Source: a virus (taxonomy: Duplodnaviria; Heunggongvirae; Uroviricota; Caudoviricetes). Taken from it: 4,332 bases of DNA. Location of the stretch: the IMG/VR virus record IMGVR_UViG_2531839675_000018; one strand, given 5' to 3'. The translations under genes were made by a program, and so were the position numbers. This document shows positions 1 to 4,332 of this stretch, one piece after another. The notes under the pieces are model-generated. The model saw only the letters and a list, made by a program, of their open reading frames with translations, ran no database searches and had not been told where the DNA came from. Each line of letters begins with the position of its first letter. Positions within the stretch are counted from its first letter, which is position 1.

Positions 1-1
1 T

Positions 2-298
2 GTATCAAAAGCCGGTGAGCGTTATCGCCGGGCTGTGGCGCTTATTGTTCGCCAGCAGCGGCTGAAATTAAGCCTGTCCGGACGGCTGGCAATAAAAATT
101 ATTGCAGAACCACCGGATAAGCGCCGCCGTGACCTGGACAACATTCTGAAAGCACCGCTGGATGCGCTGACGCATGCGGAAGTGCTCATTGATGACGAGC
201 AGTTTGATGAAATCAATATTGTGCGCGGTCAGCCTGTGCCAGGTGGACGGCTGGGCGTGAAGATTTACGAAATCAGAGGTGGTAACGATGGCGCGTGA
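2..298 (+). CDS. rusA: Holliday junction resolvase RusA, C-terminal part (5' end lies upstream of the window)
   Basis: The reading frame is open from base 2 to the TGA at 296-298. The translation (…[30 protein letters not shown]…[11 protein letters not shown]…) aligns closely with E. coli RusA as I recall it (…[30 protein letters not shown]…GGRLELTITEM…). The ORF track starts it at an internal Met at 35, but the frame continues to the window edge. Confidence 0.88.
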   Translation, partial: VSKAGERYRRAVALIVRQQRLKLSLSGRLAIKIIAEPPDKRRRDLDNILKAPLDALTHAEVLIDDEQFDEINIVRGQPVPGGRLGVKIYEIRGGNDGA

Positions 299-659
299 TA
301 TCCAGATGGTTCTTGAGCGATGGGGGGCATGGGCAGCAAATAATCATGAAGATGTAACATGGCCCTCGATAGCTGCTGGTTTTAAAGGATTAATCCCGAC
401 TAAAGTGAAATCACGTCCTAAGTGTTCTGATGATGACGCCATGATAATTTGTGGTTGTATGGCACGATTAAACAAGAATAATCAGTATTTGCACGATTTG
501 TTGGTGGATTATTACGTAGGTGGAATGACATTTATGGCTCTTGCACGTAAGCATAGATGTTCTGATGGGCTTATTGGTAAAAGGCTTTATAAAGCGGAAG
601 GTATTATTGAAGGAATGCTTATGGCTCTGAATGTCCGGTTAGATATGGATATGCGGTAG
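288..659 (+). CDS. Phage late-gene antiterminator Q (QuuD / Phage_antitermQ-like), 123 aa
   Basis: The ORF lies directly after rusA, as in DLP12 and other lambdoid prophages. The N-terminus [25 protein letters not shown] resembles QuuD-type Q proteins from memory, and the Cys-rich segment ([12 protein letters not shown]) fits the family. I prefer the ATG at 288 (GAGG at 275-278, about 8 nt upstream) to the GTG at 279 used by the ORF track. The start overlaps the rusA stop by 11 nt, suggesting translational coupling. Confidence 0.75.
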   Translation: MARDIQMVLERWGAWAANNHEDVTWPSIAAGFKGLIPTKVKSRPKCSDDDAMIICGCMARLNKNNQYLHDLLVDYYVGGMTFMALARKHRCSDGLIGKRLYKAEGIIEGMLMALNVRLDMDMR

Positions 660-750
660 GGATATATAGTGATGAGGGTTATGTTTTCTGTGTTTATAAT
701 TAACATGTTTATTTTTTGATGGTCATGTATTGTGGAAGGTAGATAAAATG

Positions 751-779
751 TTGCCTGGTGAATTGAAAATATTGATAAT
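751..779 (+). promoter_or_regulatory. Candidate sigma70 promoter (possibly the phage late promoter pR' region) upstream of the CPBP gene
   Basis: TTGCCT at 751-756, a 17-nt spacer, and GATAAT at 774-779. It sits in an AT-rich intergenic region about 90 bp after the Q stop, which is where lambdoid phages place pR'/qut. This is motif matching only. Confidence 0.3.
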
Positions 780-810
780 CAATCTTCATCATTAAATAAA
801 AGGAGTGCTT

Positions 811-1629
811 ATGTGGATTGTGTTAGTACTGTCACTGTCAACTCTCAGTTGGCATAAGGTAGTGGCTTTTTCATTGTTGACGGTGTCTGTTGTCCTGGCT
901 GTGCTTAATGATATTATTGATTGGTCGGTGTTATTTTTTGTTGCTACAATCGTTTTTTTTATTATTTTGAAGTTCAACTGGAAATATAACGCCTGGGCTA
1001 AATCTATATATGAAGTTGGCATAGTTTTATCAGCCATAGCATTATTTTTCCATCTATGGCCAGGGTTTCACAATCCTGTAGTGCTAAATTCTGTTACTGT
1101 TGGCCCTCAAAGTACTCCCTATACAATGTATTTTAATTTTGATAAAGCGCTGGTGCCATTTTTGTTAGTCCTGTGTACATCTTCTTTGTTTAAAAAAGAA
1201 GTAAAATCAGAAGTGTCTTTGTGGAAGTGGGGGGCTCTGTCGCTCTCTGTTCCTCTTATCCTGTTTTTGGCTGTTTTTTTTGGTGGATTAAAGCCAGAGA
1301 TTCATTTTCCTGAGTGGTTGCCAGAGTTTATATTGGCTAATTTGTTTTTTGTGTCTCTGGCAGAGGAATCATTATTTAGAGGGTATATTCAATCACGGCT
1401 ATCAGAAGTAACGTCTCCATTGGTTGCATTAATTGTGGCGGCTTTGTTGTTTGGTTTTTATCACTATTCAGGTGGTGCTTTACTTGTATTATTTGCCACG
1501 TTATCTGGTGTTGTGTATGGATTGTCATGGATGTGGAGTGGGCGTTTGTGGGTTGCCACCCTTTTCCATTTTGGTTTGAATCTGTGTCACTTGTTATTCT
1601 TTACCTATCCATTTTTAAAACATAATTGA
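811..1629 (+). CDS. CPBP family intramembrane metalloprotease (CAAX protease / Abi, PF02517-like), polytopic membrane protein, 272 aa
   Basis: The protein is highly hydrophobic with several predicted TM helices. It carries the three CPBP signature motifs in the canonical order: EExxxR (EESLFRGY), FxxxH (FGFYH) and HxxxN (HFGLN). AGGAG at 801-805 lies 5 nt before the ATG at 811, so I prefer this start to the track's GTG at 805, which overlaps the SD. The gene is AT-rich with ATA and CTA codons. Confidence 0.8.
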   Translation: MWIVLVLSLSTLSWHKVVAFSLLTVSVVLAVLNDIIDWSVLFFVATIVFFIILKFNWKYNAWAKSIYEVGIVLSAIALFFHLWPGFHNPVVLNSVTVGPQSTPYTMYFNFDKALVPFLLVLCTSSLFKKEVKSEVSLWKWGALSLSVPLILFLAVFFGGLKPEIHFPEWLPEFILANLFFVSLAEESLFRGYIQSRLSEVTSPLVALIVAALLFGFYHYSGGALLVLFATLSGVVYGLSWMWSGRLWVATLFHFGLNLCHLLFFTYPFLKHN

Positions 1630-1770
1630 TTTTTTCTATGGTTTTAAATTTATAAGACTGAAAAATAGCAGGACGTGACATTTGCATGAAAAATATGCAC
1701 GGCAAAGCATTTACGTACGTAAAAAATCAGGTATGCTGTTAAGAGTGGTTATTTCGCCGCATAGCTTGAC

Positions 1771-1792
1771 CCCGCCTCTGAGCGGGTTTTTT
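1771..1792 (+). terminator. Rho-independent terminator candidate
   Basis: CCCGC (1771-1775), loop CTCTGA, GCGGG (1782-1786), followed by TTTTTT (1787-1792). The middle GCGGG can alternatively pair with CCCGC at 1796-1800. The stem is short (5 bp). Confidence 0.5.
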
Positions 1793-1915
1793 GTGCCCGC
1801 AAAGTAGCGCAGTGCGTTAAATGTGCTGGTAGTTATTAATACAGGTCTTTCAGCTTGCTGGCTTTTTCGACAAGAGTTATTGGTGTGTCACGTTAACCGG
1901 AAAGGGTAAAAAGAC

Positions 1916-2155
1916 ATGCTGAAACAGCAGGATATGACAGAAACCGCCAGAGTTGTGTTTGATGAATTAAGCGTCACCGAACCGGCGACGGTCGGGGAGA
2001 TTGCGCAGAATACGTACCTTTCACGCGAGCGCTGCCAGTTAATACTGACCCAGCTGGTTATGCGGGTCTGGCAGACTATCAGTTCGGTTGTTACAGACGC
2101 CTTCAGTCCTGAAGGCTTTTTTATTTGTGGTAAATGGGCGGCTGGTGGGTGTTAG
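1916..2155 (+). CDS. Small hypothetical protein (79 aa), possible winged-helix DNA-binding protein (PapI/FaeA-like pattern)
   Basis: An SD-like AAGGG lies about 9 nt before the ATG at 1916. The segment VVFDELSVTEPATVGEIAQNTYLSRERCQLILTQLV has the helix / xxTxxEIA / recognition-helix pattern of small winged-helix regulators such as PapI or FaeA. The similarity is by eye only. It sits 94 bp upstream of, and co-oriented with, the AraC-family gene. Confidence 0.45.
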   Translation: MLKQQDMTETARVVFDELSVTEPATVGEIAQNTYLSRERCQLILTQLVMRVWQTISSVVTDAFSPEGFFICGKWAAGGC

Positions 2156-2183
2156 CGGCACCTGTCAGTCCTTTGCTTATGTG

Positions 2184-2214
2184 TTGATGATAATTTACCT
2201 TTTGGGGCTATAAT
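2184..2214 (+). promoter_or_regulatory. Candidate sigma70 promoter for the AraC-family gene
   Basis: TTGATG at 2184-2189 and a perfect TATAAT at 2209-2214. The spacer is 19 nt, which is longer than optimal. It lies in an AT-rich region 36 bp upstream of the start codon. Confidence 0.3.
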
Positions 2215-2249
2215 TGAACTAACCAATTGCTAATGAAAGTAAAATTATA

Positions 2250-2963
2250 ATGGTTGTTGTCTGTTCAGTTATCATGGTTTGCTCCCCAATTAATATTTTT
2301 CTTGAAAAGGATACGTTGTCACTTAAGCCCGGCTCAGTCGTTCTGGCCACCAAATGCATCAGGGCGCTTTTCCTTATGCATTATGGCAAAGTTAAAATTT
2401 TCGATATAAACCATTCCATAGTAAGTCAATATCTGGAAATTCAGCATAAGCTGACAAGAACTCATCTGACTGACGTTCCGCTTTATCTGTCACTGGAACC
2501 CAACAACCCTGCGTTGGCTGAGGCTTTAATTACCAGCCAGAGATTTTCCGGAGATACCACGGATATGTTTCTTATGATGGCATGCCTGTCGCTGTTTGAA
2601 TCAGATGAACGGATATTATTATTTTTAAGTGGATGTTTATCCAGTATAAGTGCCAAAGTCAGGGCGATAATTCAGACAGATATATCAGCAAGCTGGACGC
2701 TTGGTGCGATTGCGTTACGCCTGCATATGAGTGAGAGTTTGTTAAAGATAAAACTGAAAAATGAAGGGCACATGTTCAGTCGCTTGTTGCTGGAAGAGCG
2801 GATGCGTGTTGCTGTCAATATGTTATGTTCCCGGCATGGATATGGACAGGCTGTAGCAGAAAAATGCGGTTATTCAAGCTGGTCCTACTTTATTTCTGTA
2901 TTTCACCGCTATTATGGCTTCCCGCCAGACAGATATGTATCCAGGCAAGGGCTTGATTATTGA
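2250..2963 (+). CDS. AraC/XylS-family transcriptional regulator, YdeO/GadX-like (prophage-encoded Psr/PatE-type regulator candidate), 237 aa
   Basis: The C-terminal region has the AraC-type HTH (…WTLGAIALRLHMSESLLKIKLK…AEKCGYSSWSYFISVFHRYYGFPPDRY). The N-terminus MVVVCSVI… and blocks such as ISESLLKxKLK and AExCGYxSxSYFI match E. coli YdeO as I recall it. By my hand translation the gene has about 7 ATA, 3 AGA, 3 AGG and 3 CGG codons in 237 codons, and it is AT-rich. Confidence 0.85.
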   Translation: MVVVCSVIMVCSPINIFLEKDTLSLKPGSVVLATKCIRALFLMHYGKVKIFDINHSIVSQYLEIQHKLTRTHLTDVPLYLSLEPNNPALAEALITSQRFSGDTTDMFLMMACLSLFESDERILLFLSGCLSSISAKVRAIIQTDISASWTLGAIALRLHMSESLLKIKLKNEGHMFSRLLLEERMRVAVNMLCSRHGYGQAVAEKCGYSSWSYFISVFHRYYGFPPDRYVSRQGLDY

Positions 2964-2991
2964 TTTTCATCTGATTATTATTTTTTGACCC

Positions 2992-3067
2992 AGCCCTTTA
3001 GCTCAGTGGTGAGAGCGAGCGACTCATAATCGCCAGGTCGCTGGTTCAAATCCAGCAAGGGCCACCA
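2992..3067 (+). tRNA. tRNA with anticodon CAU, closest to tRNA-Ile2 (ileX-like, lysidine-dependent AUA reader); ileZ-like phage tRNA
   Basis: Hand-folded cloverleaf: D-stem GCTC/GAGC, anticodon loop CT-CAT-AA, T-arm GCTGG-TTCAAAT-CCAGC, and an encoded 3' ACCA. Overall it is close to E. coli ileX as recalled. It has A:C mismatches at positions 1:72 and 27:43. A Met identity cannot be excluded from sequence alone. Confidence 0.75.
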
Positions 3068-3074
3068 TCACATA

Positions 3075-3151
3075 CCGCCATTAGCTCATCAGGAAAGAGC
3101 GCCAGCTTTCGAAGCTGGTTGCGCGGAGTTCGGGTCCCCGAAGGCGGTCCA
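3075..3151 (+). tRNA. tRNA-Arg (anticodon UCG), atypical
   Basis: Hand-folded cloverleaf: D-stem GCTC/GAGC with GG in the D-loop, a perfect anticodon stem CCAGC/GCTGG with loop TT-TCG-AA, and an encoded CCA at 3149-3151. It is atypical: C1-G72, a mismatch at 6:67, a mismatch in the T-stem, and T-loop TTCGGGT with G where A58 is expected. It could be a functional phage tRNA or a degenerate copy. Confidence 0.55.
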
Positions 3152-3164
3152 TTATCTGTATCCT

Positions 3165-3241
3165 GCGTTGTTAGCTCAGCCGGACAGAGCAATTGCCTTC
3201 TAAGCAATCGGTCACTGGTTCGAATCCAGTACAACGCGCCA
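3165..3241 (+). tRNA. tRNA-Arg (anticodon UCU; reads AGA)
   Basis: Clean cloverleaf: acceptor GCGTTGT/ACAACGC, D-stem GCTC/GAGC, perfect anticodon stem ATTGC/GCAAT with loop CT-TCT-AA, T-arm ACTGG-TTCGAAT-CCAGT, discriminator G and an encoded CCA. Confidence 0.85.
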
Positions 3242-3255
3242 CACTTATTTTCCCT

Positions 3256-3281
3256 GGCTCGCTTTTGCGGGCCTTTTTTTT
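3256..3281 (+). terminator. Rho-independent terminator immediately downstream of the tRNA cluster
   Basis: GGCTCGC (3256-3262), loop TTTT, GCGGGCC (3267-3273) giving a 7-bp stem with one G-U pair, followed by eight T residues (3274-3281). Confidence 0.7.
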
Positions 3282-3478
3282 AAATGTCTCACAATTCAGG
3301 CGGTTGACTGTTGTCTGGTTTGCGGGGAGTTTGTTAAAAGAAACTGGCATGGTGAATCCCCCTGTGCGGAGGGGCAATCAGCGAGTAGGTATATGGGATA
3401 ATCGCGGATTCAGGTGCTGGTACTGAATTCACCGGGAGGCACCCGGCACCATGCAATGGCACATAGCGCCACTCTCCA

Positions 3479-3502
3479 GCCCCTCTCCGGAGGGGCTTTC
3501 TT
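3479..3502 (+). terminator. Hairpin with weak U-tract (terminator candidate, + strand)
   Basis: GCCCCTC (3479-3485), loop TCCG, GAGGGGC (3490-3496) form a perfect 7-bp stem, followed by TTTCTT. Confidence 0.35.
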
Positions 3503-3508
3503 ATGGAC

Positions 3509-3537
3509 AAAAAAAGCCCGCGCAGGGAGACGCGGGC
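3509..3537 (-). terminator. Rho-independent terminator on the minus strand (orphan: no convincing minus-strand gene upstream of it)
   Basis: GCCCGCG (3516-3522), loop CAGGGAGA, CGCGGGC (3531-3537) form a perfect 7-bp GC stem. On the + strand it is preceded by seven A residues (3509-3515), so on the minus strand the hairpin is followed by UUUUUUU. Confidence 0.55.
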
Positions 3538-3605
3538 GGCAAGGAATAAACAACAAAACGTGAAGTAATATTTCAGCTGGCGAATAATATCCGACAGTAA
3601 TCACT

Positions 3606-3628
3606 CTGCGCAATAGCGCGGCCTTTTT
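3606..3628 (+). terminator. Hairpin plus T-run (terminator or attenuator candidate) about 100 bp upstream of the esterase gene
   Basis: CTGCGC (3606-3611), loop AATA, GCGCGG (3616-3621) form a 6-bp stem with one G-U pair, then CC and TTTTT (3624-3628). Confidence 0.35.
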
Positions 3629-3730
3629 CGTATTGCGGGCTGTTGTCTCTCTTCTGCCATTGTCCTGTAACTTCCGGATTTCAGCCCGCTCATCATTTTA
3701 CTCACAATATTATCCCGGCCGGGAGGATTC

Positions 3731-4332
3731 ATGGCATTTAAACACTACGATGTGGTCAGGGCGGCATCGCCGTCAGACCTTGCTGATGCACTTGCGCAAA
3801 AAATTCGTGAAGGATGGCAACCATACGGTGGGCCGTTTTCTTCGTATACGGATGATGGCGCAGCACTTATTCAGGCGATTGTCGCAGAAGGTGATGTGAG
3901 CACACCTGTTGTGGTGAAGCTGACAGGTGGAGAAGGTGCAGTAATCAGCGCCACCAGCGACCCCGGGTATTACTTTGTTGTGGTTCTGGCAGGGCAGTCA
4001 AACGGCATGTCGTATGGTGAAGGTCTTCCGCTGCCGGAGACATATGACCGTCCGGACCCGCGCATTAAGCAGCTGGCGCGTCGCAGTACGGTGACACCGG
4101 GCGGTGTCGCCTGTAAATATAACGACATCATTCCGGCGGACCATTGTCTGCATGATGTGCAGGACATGAGCCGCCTTAACCATCCGAAAGCGGACCTGTC
4201 AAAGGGGCAGTACGGAACCGTGGGGCAGGGGCTGCATATCGCCAAAAAATTGCTGCCGTTTATACCGGCGAATGCGGGCATTCTGCTGGTTCCGTGCTGT
4301 CGTGGTGGTTCAGCGTTCACCACCGGAGCCGA
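3731..4332 (+). CDS. DUF1737-domain / sialate O-acetylesterase (NanS-p-like, SGNH/SASA family), N-terminal part (3' end lies beyond the window)
   Basis: The frame is open from the ATG at 3731 to the window end; it is missing from the ORF track because it has no in-window stop. GGGAGG at 3721-3726 lies 4 nt before the ATG. The translation MAFKHYDVVRAASPSDLADALAQKIREGWQPYGG…YYFVVVLAGQSNGMSYGEG… contains a GQSN block typical of SASA/SGNH esterases. A gene of this type follows the tRNA/stx region in Stx phages (established knowledge). The segment is GC-rich relative to the cargo. Confidence 0.8.
   Translation, partial: MAFKHYDVVRAASPSDLADALAQKIREGWQPYGGPFSSYTDDGAALIQAIVAEGDVSTPVVVKLTGGEGAVISATSDPGYYFVVVLAGQSNGMSYGEGLPLPETYDRPDPRIKQLARRSTVTPGGVACKYNDIIPADHCLHDVQDMSRLNHPKADLSKGQYGTVGQGLHIAKKLLPFIPANAGILLVPCCRGGSAFTTGA

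Larger units (their letters stand above)
1..4332 (+). mobile_element. Segment of a lambdoid prophage (late regulatory region: rusA - Q - cargo - tRNAs - nanS-p-like gene)
   Basis: Gene order and content match the Nin/Q/late-operon junction of lambdoid and Stx-converting phages (established knowledge). All credible genes are co-oriented on the + strand. No prophage ends or att sites lie in the window. Confidence 0.8.

Noticed and set aside
22-216. 64-aa ORF on the minus strand
   Set aside because: It lies entirely antisense to the well-conserved rusA coding frame, has a low-complexity Ser/Arg-rich translation and no SD. It is most likely a shadow ORF.
279-287. GTG start for Q at 279 (ORF-track call)
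   Set aside because: The ATG at 288 has a better-spaced SD (GAGG at 275-278) and gives an N-terminus (MARDIQ…) closer to known Q proteins as recalled. GTG at 279 would sit on top of the SD.
805-810. GTG start for the CPBP gene at 805 (ORF-track call)
   Set aside because: Position 805 is the last base of the AGGAG SD (801-805). The ATG at 811 follows it at optimal spacing.
792-1037. 81-aa ORF on the minus strand
   Set aside because: It is embedded antisense within the CPBP gene, which has strong family motifs. It has no SD and is typical of AT-rich shadow ORFs.
1686-1742. 18-codon mini-ORF (MKNMHGKAFTYVKNQVCC) in the intergenic region
   Set aside because: It has no recognisable SD at appropriate spacing and overlaps the dyad elements. 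It is more likely regulatory DNA than a peptide gene, though a leader-peptide role cannot be excluded.
3046-3426. Three overlapping ORFs (3046-3234 minus, 3171-3377 minus, 3193-3426 plus)
   Set aside because: They span the tRNA genes and the tRNA terminator, which are structured RNA features with clear cloverleaf folds. Protein coding there is implausible.
3410-3613. 67-aa ORF on the minus strand
   Set aside because: It runs through the back-to-back terminator hairpins, has a Pro/Arg-rich low-complexity translation and no SD. I treat the region as non-coding.
3282-3730. Search for stxA/stxB or other toxin genes between the tRNAs and the esterase gene
   Set aside because: There is no ORF of adequate length with an SD on either strand in this interval, so the toxin slot appears empty.
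3633-3899. 88-aa + strand ORF
   Set aside because: It overlaps the start of the NanS-p-like gene in a different frame. The esterase frame has an SD and recognisable domain motifs; this one has neither.
3970-4323. Minus-strand ORFs of 117 aa and 61 aa
   Set aside because: They are antisense to the GC-rich esterase coding region with no SD; long antisense ORFs are expected by chance in GC-rich coding DNA.
1-4332. CRISPR array, IS element or integron signals
   Set aside because: There are no regularly spaced direct repeats, no terminal inverted repeats flanking a transposase-like ORF, and no integrase or attC-like sites in the window.

Overview
This window reads as the late-regulatory region of a lambdoid (Stx-phage-like) prophage from an Escherichia/Shigella-type genome, all on the + strand. 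In order: the 3' end of rusA, an overlapping antiterminator Q gene, a roughly 2.3 kb AT-rich cargo block, a three-tRNA cluster (Ile2-like CAU, Arg UCG, Arg UCU) with a strong terminator, about 450 bp of hairpin-rich DNA with no credible ORF, and the 5' part of a DUF1737/NanS-p-like esterase gene running off the window. The cargo block holds a CPBP/Abi-family membrane protease, a small putative winged-helix protein and a YdeO-like AraC-family regulator. The most interesting feature is this cargo block sitting between Q and the tRNAs, while the position where Stx phages carry stxAB (between the tRNAs and the esterase gene) is empty. All protein identifications come from by-eye motif recognition and recalled homologs, not database searches; no CRISPR array, IS element or rRNA was seen.
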